This document shows, piece after piece, positions 32,682 to 44,244 of a stretch of 64,000 nt of DNA (position 1 is the stretch's first letter; every line of letters starts with the position of its first letter). Below the pieces are notes generated by a model. The model made no database searches and had not been told where the DNA came from. It worked only from the letters and a program-made list of their open reading frames with translations. The position numbers were made by a program, and so were the translations under genes. Source of the stretch: an uncultured Nitrososphaerales archaeon (GTDB lineage Archaea > Thermoproteota > Nitrososphaeria > Nitrososphaerales > Nitrososphaeraceae); contig CAVOHZ010000003.1 of assembly GCA_963695855.1 (NCBI GenBank), forward strand, positions 384,001 through 448,000. The letters run 5' to 3'.

Positions 32682-33114
32682 ATAATATAATAGACTTCAT
32701 AATTTATATAGTTCAGTTTTCCAGTAGAAAAGAGAGTTTTTATACATATAATGTTCTATAAAATAATTAACGTTTAGAAAACTGACCTAGAGTGTACACC
32801 TACAGATTATATTAGAACAAGTATCCGCAAGCATATTCGAAATGTCTGATTGAGCCCAATTTTTTATTAGATTATTGACACAGAAATTTCAATAGCCTAT
32901 TTTCACATTATCTCATTTTTAACAATCAAAAGACTCTTCCGTCGACATAGACATTGTGACAGTTTCTTTCCTGCAGATTTCGTTTCTTTCTATGAATTAA
33001 TTTACAATTTCATTGCTTATTCTTTATTTAAATATTTATTTCATATAGACGTAACCTATTGTCATTTAATACTGATATCCTTATAAGCAAGATATTTAGA
33101 GAAATCATAAATCG

Positions 33115-33504
33115 ATGTCAAATTCTATCCGGAAAATTATGATAGTTGACGATGATATTGACATTTTGACTTTATTTAGTGAAGTGTTGACAATTGAAGG
33201 ATATCAAGTGGAATCTTTTAACGATCCACGATTAGCATTAAAGGAATTCAAATCAAGAAACGATGAATATATGTTAATAATTTCCGATATTCGTATGCCT
33301 CATTTGTCGGGCATAGATCTAATCAAGCGATTTGCAAGTATTAATAACCAAATACCGGTCGTCATGATGACTGCTTTTGATATATCTGAAAAAGATATAG
33401 AAGAAATCAATTTTAAAGAATTTCTAACAAAACCCATAAATTTGAAAAAATTAATTATAATAGTAAACAGATTTGTTCGAAAAAGAACAGAGCAAAAAGA
33501 GTGA
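33115..33504 (+). CDS. single-domain response regulator
   Basis: IVDDD, IISDIRMP, MTAF, TKP motifs. Confidence 0.93.
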   Translation: MSNSIRKIMIVDDDIDILTLFSEVLTIEGYQVESFNDPRLALKEFKSRNDEYMLIISDIRMPHLSGIDLIKRFASINNQIPVVMMTAFDISEKDIEEINFKEFLTKPINLKKLIIIVNRFVRKRTEQKE

Positions 33505-33543
33505 TTGATAATTTGCAAGGGATAAGAATATTGGCAAAAGAAT

Positions 33544-33810
33544 TTATGTGTTAAAACTATCTATATCGTATTCGAGTTTGAGCAGCTTGTTTCTCAGGTA
33601 AGAATCTACATTTTTGATGACATTTGGGTTTTGTTCTATATGTTTCTCCAATCGTATGTCAGAATATTTGATATCTACATATTTTATAGAGCCACTTTGT
33701 GTATTATACATACATTCTAATGTTATAAACGCGGATAAGATTTCGTTATTATCCTTGAATGATAAAGCTACCACATCATAGAATCTGATTAAATCATTCT
33801 TTTGCTCCAT
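33544..33810 (-). CDS. hypothetical protein
   Basis: 88-aa ATG ORF convergent with the response regulator. Confidence 0.6.
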   Translation of the reverse strand: MEQKNDLIRFYDVVALSFKDNNEILSAFITLECMYNTQSGSIKYVDIKYSDIRLEKHIEQNPNVIKNVDSYLRNKLLKLEYDIDSFNT

Positions 33811-34866
33811 ATTATTTCCCTCAACATCGATTTTAAAGTTGACTTTTTATTCTTATTTTTATTAGGACTAATGTGATTTTTTATTAATAATACAAATTCT
33901 GACCAGATTACATAAGTCATAGTACTTAGTTATAAACATGTAAATATTTAACGATTAGTGAATATTTTAACTTTTTTTAGGTCAATATAAAAAATTAGGG
34001 CATATTTATTCTTTGGGCATCATTCAAAAAATCTAAATTAGGCCACAGCTTCTTTTATCCTATTCATCTTGTATTTTATATTCTATAAAAGGTAATAAAA
34101 AATAAGATGATGTAATAAGAAATGGTTTTTTATTTATCAAAATAAAATAATTAACTTAATTATCAGATTTTAAAGGGTATTCTAAATTTATCATTAATTT
34201 ATTATTAATATATATTCAATTCATAATTCACTTCTTTTTTATAGTAAGTCATTTATTCATTTTTTTCTAAATCTGCTAATTTGAATGATTATAAAGTAAG
34301 AACCTGATGACCATATTGATTTTTCTAAATAACATTTATTTCTTTCTCATGCTTTATATTTAATTTTATGATAGGGTGTACAATTATTAGCTATTTGTTC
34401 TATTTCAAAAGTTAATAAAATTGTAAAATTCAATAATTTTACAATGAGTATATAATTTTCAACTAAATTTGATGGATTTGATACTTATTTAGAAAACTGT
34501 TCATAAAAAATATAACTTAATCCGATATAAGGAAATTTAATTTCGCAATAGTTAATGTCTTGAATTTTAGAGAATCACAATGTGACCTAGGACAGTTTTA
34601 ATATCTATTTTGTATTTATTTTCTGCATGTACTATAGATTGAATCTTTTATTACTGCTAACACATGTTTCATCATATCTATTAGGATTTAAACTTTGTAC
34701 GTGGGGGATAAAATGTCTAAAATTACAGGTAGTGTAGTACTATACTATTCTATAAAGTGACTATTCATTGTGCTTTATTTTTGGAAGATGTTTAAAATAT
34801 CTATAATTTAATTAGATTTGCATTTTTACTTGATCGATTTAAAAAAGTAGTTTGTAATAATATAAA

Positions 34867-35121
34867 CTACATCAAATGTGTCTTGTGTTTTCTATATTTA
34901 TGAGTCTCTTCTTCTTTTAGTTTAAACCATACTGTGTGTCCATCAAAACGATCGACCAAATTCCTGGGAATATAAAATTTATCTCTATCTATTGTACCTT
35001 TTTCAGTTAGGATGTACTCTGAACCTACTTCCTGAACTTCTCCAAGGTCTGTGTCGTCTATTCCACGTGCTTCTTTTTTTATAATATCTTTGGGATTATA
35101 TACCGGAGAATCTTCTGGCAT
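34867..35121 (-). CDS. single PRC-barrel-like (DUF2171-like) protein
   Basis: KKEARGIDDTDLGEVQEV...EKG...FYIPRNLVDRFDGHTVW; same repeat as 18641..20198. Confidence 0.8.
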   Translation of the reverse strand: MPEDSPVYNPKDIIKKEARGIDDTDLGEVQEVGSEYILTEKGTIDRDKFYIPRNLVDRFDGHTVWFKLKEEETHKYRKHKTHLM

Positions 35122-35575
35122 ACCTCTTTTAATATAAGATTTTAATCAACTAATTTAAAAACATAATGATATTACACCAATAATAATTATGAATACCGTC
35201 CTATCCACAAATCTTGAGTTATATTTGCTTTATCAGCGAAAATCAGAATTTTTGCACTAAATTAGTAAATTAGGATATATACCGGCTACCTTGGGTATTA
35301 TGCGAATTGAAGTATACGAATATCAAATACAACATTTAACAAATAATCTTCATAAAAAATTATCGATGTCTTGATGGATTACATAGAGTCCAGATTATGA
35401 TTGCACAGTTTATGCCATAAAATTCAGATCAAAATCCTTAAAGGTAATGATGAAAGAAATTATTAATTTTTAATAGGTATATTTTCTCTAAAATGTTGTA
35501 TTTCCTTTAAAATATTGACTTTTTCTCAGCAAACATGAAACGCAATTAGTATAGATTAAAAAATAAAAAAATGAA

Positions 35576-35752
35576 TTATTCATCTTTGATTGCGTTTTTT
35601 ACTTTCTCGGCAAGATCATTAGGAATTTCAGAAAATCCATGATCTTTATTTGCATGTTCCTTGATCTTTTCCATAATTTCTTCTTCTGAATCTGCTGTAG
35701 TTGTCCATTTACAATCAACACCTGCATCAGAACATCCGAACTTTTTTGTCAT
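35576..35752 (-). CDS. DUF1059-family small metal-binding protein (58 aa)
   Basis: Hand translation MTKKFGCSDAGVDCKWTTTADSEEEIMEKIKEHANKDHGFSEIPNDLAEKVKNAIKDE*; C-x6-C and H-x4-HG pattern. Confidence 0.85.
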   Translation of the reverse strand: MTKKFGCSDAGVDCKWTTTADSEEEIMEKIKEHANKDHGFSEIPNDLAEKVKNAIKDE

Positions 35753-35927
35753 TATTATAAGAGGGGTATTGCTCTATTTAAGATATTCCCAATATATCAA
35801 ATTTAAGTAATTTTTAATGCTTGAAAGGACTTAAAAGACAAATGATCATAATTTTAAAAATAATAATAAAAAAGGGAACTTTCCGATAAAAATTGAAAGG
35901 CTATCACTATAATTTGCTAGGTTTTGA

Positions 35928-36044
35928 TTATGGATTGGGTGTAGGCTTTGGATCTGGCATCGGCTCAGGGTCAGGTTTTGGTTCCGGATTGGGTGCAGGA
36001 TCTGGATCAACAACTTCTATTCTAATTAAATTCATATTCATCAT
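35928..36044 (-). CDS. 38-aa peptide ending in 13 X-Pro dipeptides
   Basis: MMNMNLIRIEVV-DPDPAPNPEPKPDPEPMPDPKPTPNP*; all four Pro codons used; TATATAAAA about 25 nt upstream of the ATG. Confidence 0.6.
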   Translation of the reverse strand: MMNMNLIRIEVVDPDPAPNPEPKPDPEPMPDPKPTPNP

Positions 36045-36839
36045 CAGTAATAATACAACAACATATTTTATATACGCTTCATAAGCCCAAATCTTTACCA
36101 AATATTGCGATAAGTTTCCTTTCTGAACCTATTGTACGAGTATCTCGAAACATATTATCTGACCAAATTTTTTACTTTTTAGCTTTGCCTTGACTTTATA
36201 GATTCGAGAAAATAATAAAATCTAATAAATTGTTCTTTTTACCAATGAAAAAAAGACATTTTTATAGATATATTATAAAAAAAGTCAGGTATGTTTGTTT
36301 ATTTGATCTCAATTTCTATCGTTCTGCCGTCCTTCAGTTCTTTGCAATATGAAAGGAGTTGAAAGACTAACACTGCTGATTTTATTGTTGAACCAGTCAT
36401 TACGTCTAGGAAGAATAATCCCCATTACCTCTAGTACATTTTATATTATATTTCAACTTATTAAGATTTCCTTGAAACTGCTTCGAATACTAGATATACC
36501 CTTTGTATTAACTGACAATTTAAATGGTTATAGTATACTCACGAAAAATTAAAACAATAAAATCGATATTCGTCTGTAGCATACTTCCAAATTATGAAAT
36601 TGGGATTTTAACCAAGAAGATACATAATAATTGTAAACGTATTGTTCATTTTTGTTTTCTTCACTTTCTTTTCTTAGTTTAACATCTCTAGTTCCTGAAA
36701 GAAATGGAAATGTTTAGAGATGAAAATTAAGAAGAATGTGTCTAAATTGAACTGGATTGGAAGATTTTTCTCATATCAAAATAACAAGGTAAAAAGAATT
36801 CAGAATTTTTGATAGATGACAATCTTTTTGATATAAATG

Positions 36840-37112
36840 AACTTCAAGAGTTATTGCTTGTGGAGAACCACTACAGAGAGGATTACTTGAAATTTCAATT
36901 TATATCTCTGAAGAAAGACATACATCTCTTGTCGAATTTATTATCATATTAGGTATTTAAAAGTGGAGAAGACATAACTGGTATCCTGAGGCTGTAGTCT
37001 ACCGGCATACTAATTTTATACATTTACTAAATAAGAAGGTAAAGTTTGCTGGATTCCATCAGTATTTTAAGTATGGAAGTGGATCTTATGATGACTACTA
37101 TCGATATCTATA
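36840..37112 (+). pseudogene. heavily decayed DDE transposase remnant (IS6-like)
   Basis: Fragments EPLQRGLLEISIYISEER, NWYPEA, QYFKYGSGSYDDYY resemble archaeal IS6-type transposase motifs; contains a stop. Confidence 0.45.
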
Positions 37113-37892
37113 ACGAGCGGAAAACTAAAGAAGCAATTTATCATATCAAGTAGGACGGAACTATGCTTATTTTATATTGATATGTATACGAAAAGTATTC
37201 ATTGAAGAGTTGAAAAATAACTGATAAGTCTTAAATTAACACGCGACAGATAGCATATGAAATAAAATCACTCTCTTATAGAAGTCTCTAGATATCGATG
37301 TATTTTTTTCAGTGATTATTTTACGGAATCTCTATCCAATGTTCGTTATCTTGAAATACATCATAAACATTTTAAAATTAAAGTGTTTAAATATTCCAAA
37401 GTCGTATTATATTATACCACTGGATAATCATGGATGGTGAATTTCTGAGCAATATCCTCCGACAATCTAACAAGAAAAAAATACGACGCTTCACCATACG
37501 CAGAATTTTCGCTAACACATTCAGTGAGGTTCAGTGGTGTTGGAGAGAAAATAAAGATCCAAACTAAGAAGAGACCTTACCATTTGCGGCATGGTTAAGA
37601 ACTCTAATTCCTTACACAAACTACCCTCCAACTGTAATCTTAAACCTATTATTGAATAGATATGGATCTCTTGGTTATTTTAGTTTCATATTTAGATTTA
37701 TAACCAATCTATCAAGTTGTTGTTGCTTGTATTATCCTTTCTGATGACTTTTGAAAAACAACATGTATAATATTGCAATAAAATTTATTATAAACCAGAC
37801 ACATATTCGAAAACAGTTTTGTACAACTAAACTATCAAAACTTGCTTATATTATTGAGCTAAGAATAAAAAAATAAAAGAAATGATGATTGA

Positions 37893-38395
37893 TTATTTTG
37901 CTATGTTATCCAGATGTCCTAAAACCACTCCATCGTCTTCTACCAGGTTATAAGCTCCCCTATAATCAAAGAGATTCTGAAGCATGAGCAAGCCTGATTG
38001 TACTTCAATTACATCTTCAGAATTTGTATTTTTTTGTTCTGGAATAAATCCAACAAAGATCGTTTGTGCAGTTTTCAGGTGGTCTCTAGCGACCTGATAT
38101 TCTTTCTGATCAACTAATTTTCCTTCACCCACTCCCTTTACCTTTTCTATGAGTGTAAGGTTAACGGCTACAGGAGTATGTTCACCCTCAACATACTGAG
38201 CTCCTATAGCCTTGGCAAAGGATTGTAAGCTTGATCAATGTGTGTTGATACTTCCTGAACTGACGTCTTGACATCATCCTGTCCATATACATTATGAGTC
38301 GATACAGCATGGTAGCCAGAAAAAGTAGCTACTAACAAAGATAGCAACAACAAGCCAAGGAAAATTACTTCCATTTGTACAGTTATTCGCTTCAT
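37893..38395 (-). pseudogene. secreted protein split into two frames (38204..38395 plus 37893..~38225)
   Basis: A signal-peptide ORF overlaps an open second frame (AKAIGAQYVEGEH...GVGEGKLVDQKEYQVA); span is 3n+2. Confidence 0.5.
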
Positions 38396-38908
38396 TCTAG
38401 GTATATGTGATACCTCATTTTATAAGAAATAGGCGTCAATATATTGCACTGCAACAAGTGATAGTATATTTGAAATTTCCCTTTATTCTTATGAAAATGG
38501 TATGTAAAATATGAAAAAATGGTATGTAAAATATAAAATAATCAGATTAAATTATTAAAAATGATAACCGTTTTTCAGTATTAGAAATGTTTTCTATTTG
38601 TATTCCAGTATCCATCAAACAATTTAATATCAAGAATTTATCGCTCATCCTAAACTATGTTCATTTATTTACCTAGGAAAAAAAGAATTTATTAACTATT
38701 ATCTTTCCGACACAAAAGATGGTCTCTTCAGTAACATCGTATATTATTTTTTTCAGAATGTCAAAACTTAATACATTTAAGTCGACCCGATTCGAATTAA
38801 AGATATTTGGAAATTCTTTCTTTTTGAATCGTTTTTTTGCTAAATGATAAAATAAAAATAAAACGAAAATAAATAGATAGATAGATAGTATTCACATCAG
38901 AAAAAAAA

Positions 38909-39322
38909 TTATGATTTTTTAGGAAATACTTCTCTCCTCAGAAGATTTTTTTCTATTGATAAGGAACCAGGTCCTGTCAAAATCAAGCTTATCATTAATG
39001 CAAGATACAATAGTTCTAACTCGAATCCACCTATAAAGCCCTTAGATAATTTTACTGTAAATATAGCACCTATCATGTCCATTGCCAGTAAAATTGCAGA
39101 AATCCTTGTTAAGACTCCTAAGAGAATTGTTAGCCCTCCTATGAACTCTAAAAGTCCTATAACAATTGCCAATTCCGGTGGTAATCCCATTTTTATAAAA
39201 GAATTTTGACTGTTTGCAATATCAACAAGTTTAGGAAGGCCATGAGCTATAAATCCCGCTCCAGCTATTATCCGTAATGGTAAAGGTGCAAAATCTATTA
39301 ATTTCTGCTGATTCAAGACCAT
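38909..39322 (-). CDS. DoxX family membrane protein
   Basis: LRIIAGAGFIAHGLPKL, LEFIGG...LGVLTR, GFELELL, TGPGSLS. Confidence 0.92.
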   Translation of the reverse strand: MVLNQQKLIDFAPLPLRIIAGAGFIAHGLPKLVDIANSQNSFIKMGLPPELAIVIGLLEFIGGLTILLGVLTRISAILLAMDMIGAIFTVKLSKGFIGGFELELLYLALMISLILTGPGSLSIEKNLLRREVFPKKS

Positions 39323-39750
39323 TAGTAAGAATCTTAGTAATATTTATTTTTTGTTTATTTAGAATTTTATGTTTCTTAATCTGTAATAAATATTTAATTC
39401 TTTCAGTGGTTTCCATGTTATTAATCCTATGTTTTGGAACCCTCTATGTCGAATTTCGAAATATAGAGAGTAATAATAATTTTTTTAAATCTAATTCAGA
39501 CCAAGATAACATTTCATCCAGTATTGCCATCAACTAGATACTTCATTCAAGCGAATTTCAATATTGAAAAACAAAGTAATAATTGAATAATTGATTGAAA
39601 TCACATATAATAAATTAACTTTCATTTTTACGATTTTTATTTCCTCTCAAATTTATTTAAAATTAAAAAGATTAATTCAGGACTTTACTAAATCATAATA
39701 GAGATACAAAATAAGCAACATTATTATTTGATAATAATATTCGATAAAAT

Positions 39751-40278
39751 GTGCTCTTACAAAAAAAGTATATTTACATAACCGTGCTTTGTTTTTCTTC
39801 GCTTATCGGTATTGTCCATTATTTTTCTATCGATGCTGAAACATCAGAGAATTCAATTAAGAATAACACAATAATAAAGATAAAAAATATCGATCCTTTC
39901 TATATAGCAACAAGCGGTGGATGTACAAGTTCCAAACAAGTTAAATCTTATCCATATGTAGTTTTAGAAGATAAATGTACTGAAAATGCAACAATAAAGA
40001 ATGTCGGTAAGGTAATAAACAATGTTACATTTTTAAACACAGTAATTGATAATAATACTATTATTGGACAGGGACATGGAAAGATAGTTTCTGAAGATGG
40101 TCAAATGATAGGATGGGAGTCTTATGATGTAAATCCTGTCGTTGCGATACATCCTGGGTACAGAGGTATCATATATTTTAATTCTACAATAGATGAAAAA
40201 TTTTCCTTCCTGAATAATACCATTGGCATTTATAGAAGTGATGCGGATACAATAAGATCAATATGGCTCTTGGAATAA
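39751..40278 (+). CDS. secreted hypothetical protein
   Basis: N-terminal TM/signal segment followed by a beta-rich domain. Confidence 0.7.
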   Translation: MLLQKKYIYITVLCFSSLIGIVHYFSIDAETSENSIKNNTIIKIKNIDPFYIATSGGCTSSKQVKSYPYVVLEDKCTENATIKNVGKVINNVTFLNTVIDNNTIIGQGHGKIVSEDGQMIGWESYDVNPVVAIHPGYRGIIYFNSTIDEKFSFLNNTIGIYRSDADTIRSIWLLE

Positions 40279-40651
40279 CATAGTTATTTCATTATCGTTA
40301 ATTTTAATAATATTTATATCTATATTCTAGAAAAATTGGATTAAATGGGAATCGATAAGAAATTCAAGACAGTATTACAAATAGAAAACCAATTATTTTT
40401 ACAGTTAATACATTTCATGACTGGGTAAAATTAAGTTAAGAATAAAATGTCTGCAAAATGAGGCTATAAATCATTGAACTCACTTATTATTTAAATATGA
40501 GGATAATCTAATTCTTGCTATTTTGTAACAAACATAACCTACATTTTAGCATAAATAGATCTTAAATATAAGAACATTATAAGAATGATTATTTCAAAAA
40601 GAGGATATAATGAGTCTCTTTATTATCTAAATTTATATTTTAGATTTAAAG

Positions 40652-40683
40652 CATATTATGTGTAATACATATTATGTGTAATA
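40652..40683. repeat. 16-bp perfect tandem duplication
   Basis: CATATTATGTGTAATA x2. Confidence 0.85.
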
Positions 40684-40997
40684 CATCTTATTTCATAAAA
40701 AATTAAGAAATAAAATACCATGGTATGATATAAATGGTTATGAGTGTTATATTTCTGGTGAATGTCAATAACATTTCCTAAGATAAAAGATTTATGAAAA
40801 TGATCTTTAATTTGAGGTCCTGACCTTTTTTACTAAATTTTTGTTTTAACACATTAGTCTTTTTCCTACGCAAATAAAATTTAGATCACTTGTAATACAT
40901 TATTTTTAACAGTTTTGTATATTATCTATTTTTGGTACAACTAATAGATTATGATTCAATTACATTTCAGTAAAATTATCCAATCTGCAGATTATTA

Positions 40998-41273
40998 TTA
41001 ACCATTGTTTGATCTTTTATGAAATTTGAACCATTTATTTAGATCTCCAACATCATCCTTTATCAAACCAATTCCCAGACCAGTTATTAAAGAAATTATT
41101 GATGGAGATATTTTTCCCATCGTTAAAATACCGAGTAACAAAATTCCTATCTCTCCGTGATGCAATCGTCTATCAAAAATATATATCTCTGATGAATGAT
41201 TTTTCTTCCAGTAATATGTAATAATTTCAGAGATAGCAAAACCAGCAATTCCTGAAATTATTAAAGGTATCAT
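40998..41273 (-). CDS. small membrane protein with RLHHG motif
   Basis: Three hydrophobic segments, RRLHHGEIG, GIGLIKDD. Confidence 0.7.
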   Translation of the reverse strand: MIPLIISGIAGFAISEIITYYWKKNHSSEIYIFDRRLHHGEIGILLLGILTMGKISPSIISLITGLGIGLIKDDVGDLNKWFKFHKRSNNG

Positions 41274-41778
41274 CCTTAAAAATCTAAGAAGAACCAGATT
41301 TAAAAATTTATGGATAAAATACCGTTTATTAAATAATCAATATATGAAGATCGATATCATATGAAAATAGACCATAAATAAAACAAGATTTCCTTGCTGA
41401 ATTTCTTGTTTAAAAAGTTCATAGATAATTAATTATAAAATTGAATACTAACTGGTTTTCAAATTTTTTCATACGGAATTCTTTTCGATAATATATAGGC
41501 ATAAAATTTTGCATAAAGTTCAATTAAATCTTTTTTATCAATATTGAATAAAAGAGAACATACAATCGTTTTAAAAATAGGAATAAACTATTTTATTATC
41601 ATTCTTTAATATATTAATAGTGAAAGAAAAGGTAGATGCTTTGGCATCGACCGTTCTATCATTAAATGATTGCAACAGGATATCATTTGAAATTTGCTAT
41701 GGATGTGTGAATTAAATTTGCAAATAGATCTATATTCAATTTTATTGTGTTTGTTCAGGATTTGTTTCGACCGGAGCT

Positions 41779-42063
41779 ATGACATTTATAGAAATCCCAT
41801 TTTGGAAGAGATGGGAATTAACTGGTATCTTAGATTGGCACGAAAATCAGGGCTTGAAATGCAAATTTTTAAGGCTTCCACCTAGCAGTCTTCATTTCTG
41901 GGGTATATTTCTGTTGCACTTTGTAAACGCAAGTCTTGGCGGATTAGGACTATTATTTGCTTTAATATTTTTTCCTTCTTTAACAGAAAATCCTTTAATG
42001 GCATTGTGGGTGTTTTACGGTTTTTTTCTATGGATTCTTTTGAACATTTTGAATGTTGAATAA
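41779..42063 (+). CDS. membrane hypothetical protein (possibly a fragment)
   Basis: LDWHENQ motif followed by TM helices. Confidence 0.5.
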   Translation: MTFIEIPFWKRWELTGILDWHENQGLKCKFLRLPPSSLHFWGIFLLHFVNASLGGLGLLFALIFFPSLTENPLMALWVFYGFFLWILLNILNVE

Positions 42064-42080
42064 CTATTTACTCTCAGCAT

Positions 42081-42449
42081 TTAATCATCTATTATTCCGT
42101 CAGAATCCATATGGGAATTGTTATTTTTATTTTCATAAATTAATATTGCCGTATAACTAGATTCAGAACCTGCCAAGTATTCTTCATTAGATTGTAGATG
42201 AGATTCATAATTGTATTTTATGTTGATATATTTAAATTGCTCTCCAAAACGAGTTGTACGATTTTCAATCCAATTGTTTATCATCTCTGTTAATTCAGAT
42301 AGCAAAGGTGCTTCAAAATCCTTTAGTTTGATCAATATTACATTAGTATTAAAATTAAAAGATATTTTAATCCACTGATTATTTGTATATTCTTTTGGAT
42401 CCTGAAGAAATGAGAACAATAGTAACAAAAATAAAAATAAAAAAAACAA
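42081..42449 (-). CDS. hypothetical protein (start uncertain)
   Basis: C-terminal globular part (INIKYNY...YTAILIYE); the 5' part is low-complexity. Confidence 0.45.
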   Translation of the reverse strand: MFFLFLFLLLLFSFLQDPKEYTNNQWIKISFNFNTNVILIKLKDFEAPLLSELTEMINNWIENRTTRFGEQFKYINIKYNYESHLQSNEEYLAGSESSYTAILIYENKNNNSHMDSDGIIDD

Positions 42450-43086
42450 ACCAGATGTGATAATAGTTAAGAACGAGAAAATTAAGTGAACAACTATATC
42501 AGTAATAATAATATTGATGATGATGATGTAGAATTAGAAAATAAAGAAAAAATTAAGCATACAGCCAGAGCGAGTATTTCTAAATATGTGACGTTTGTGA
42601 ATAGTGATAAGAAGGATTTTAAAGTTGAATTCTAACATGAAACTCGAGGCATGGCAATTTTCTGGATTATATGCTAATGACCTAACACCGTTTTATTATT
42701 CATTATTTACATTAATTGATAATGAGAAATACGACTAGATATAGATATATTAATAGAATAATTATTAAATTCATAAGTCAAAAAAAAGAAGATAGAATTA
42801 CTCTTATTATCCTTCTTCACCTGTCAGTGCGTGAATAAATAACTTTCAATTCCTTAAAATTATAATATTCTTCTTCTAATTTTTTGTCTTTGATTTGAAT
42901 GCATCGCGATTAATGACTAGTGTGAATATGGAAGGAATAATCGCATCCTCTTTACGATAATGACTTTTGTCCCTTGAAATGAAGGTAAAGGAAAAGATAG
43001 AATAGTGATGAAATTGAGCAAATAAAAAAGTAATGCCTACTTCGTTGAATAGAAAGGTTTTTGCTAACTTATTCTAAAATAATTTA

Positions 43087-43941
43087 ATGAAATATTATCT
43101 GGGCTGTTCTGGATGGAGTTATGATGAATGGAAGGGAAGGTTCTACCCAGATGATTTGAAAAACAAATATTGGCTTTCATACTATTCCCAAATTTTCAAT
43201 TTTGTTGAAATAGAGTCTACATTTTACAAAATTCCATCCAAGTTAATAGTACAGAGATGGATGATGGAAACACCGAATGACTTCAAGTTTACTGTTAAAT
43301 TTCCCAAAATGATTACACATAACAGTCGTCTATCAGACCTCCGACAAATCATGCAAAAGTTCTATAAGGTAATGAGACCATTAAAAAACAAGATTCTCTC
43401 ATTTCTAATACAGTTACCTCCATGGCTAGACGTGTTAGAAGGGATTAATTTTTTAAATTCCCTGGATGTCCTGTTAGACAAATCCTTTAGATATGCTATA
43501 GAAGTCAGACATCCAAGCTGGTTTAATGACGTTTCCTACAACTATTTGAAACGCCACGATTATTGTCTGGTTTGGAGTCAACATGATAAATTGGCCACAC
43601 CTCCAATCATTACATCAGATTTTGTATACATGAGATTGATAGGAAATAGAAGTTTTGATGACAAGAATTTTGGGAAAATAGTCTTTGATAGAACAGCAGA
43701 AATGGAAGTATGGTCAAAGATATTGTTAGTTATTCAAAAGAAGGTAAGAAACGTGAGTATGGCTATAGTATCTGCAAACAATTACTATTCAGGTTTTGGC
43801 CCAGCTTCTGCTAAATCGATGGCTGAATTGATGAAACTAGGACAAACAATGACCTTTCCGATTACAAACTATAAACTTTCAATCGATGATTTAGAGGATA
43901 AGAAAGATAAAAATTTTTCCAGATTTGATAACATAAAATAG
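43087..43941 (+). CDS. DUF72 family protein
   Basis: LGCSGWSYDEW, YYSQIFNFVEIESTFY, FTVKFP, QLPP, AIEVRHPSW, YMRLIG, ANN. Confidence 0.93.
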   Translation: MKYYLGCSGWSYDEWKGRFYPDDLKNKYWLSYYSQIFNFVEIESTFYKIPSKLIVQRWMMETPNDFKFTVKFPKMITHNSRLSDLRQIMQKFYKVMRPLKNKILSFLIQLPPWLDVLEGINFLNSLDVLLDKSFRYAIEVRHPSWFNDVSYNYLKRHDYCLVWSQHDKLATPPIITSDFVYMRLIGNRSFDDKNFGKIVFDRTAEMEVWSKILLVIQKKVRNVSMAIVSANNYYSGFGPASAKSMAELMKLGQTMTFPITNYKLSIDDLEDKKDKNFSRFDNIK

Positions 43942-44025
43942 AAGACAATATACTCATCTATCTAGAATTCTATTGCATAACCTTTATGTTTATAACTAAG
44001 TCAAAACTACTTTTTTTAATATCAT

Positions 44026-44244
44026 CTATTCCTTCCTTAGTAATGAGACTTTATTATTAATGTCCTTTGATGAAACTGGAGGCATAAATTCCAATTTCTG
44101 GGTTTCATAGGTTCCTATAACTGGTTCATTACAAGATGGACATAGCTGATAATATACATAAATAGAATTTTGTCTTTTATTGAACCCTAAAAAATGAAAG
44201 CCCATTTGTGGATGAAAATGATTGTCACACGATAAACATTTCAT
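44026..44244 (-). CDS. small zinc-ribbon protein
   Basis: CLSC...CPSC pairs. Confidence 0.75.
   Translation of the reverse strand: MKCLSCDNHFHPQMGFHFLGFNKRQNSIYVYYQLCPSCNEPVIGTYETQKLEFMPPVSSKDINNKVSLLRKE

Noticed and set aside
35893-36084. Gly-rich + strand ORF as a bacteriocin/RiPP precursor
   Set aside because: It is the antisense mirror of the X-Pro ORF, which has an ATG start and a correctly placed TATA box.
38872-38887. (ATAG)n microsatellite
   Set aside because: Short, intergenic and unremarkable in AT-rich DNA.
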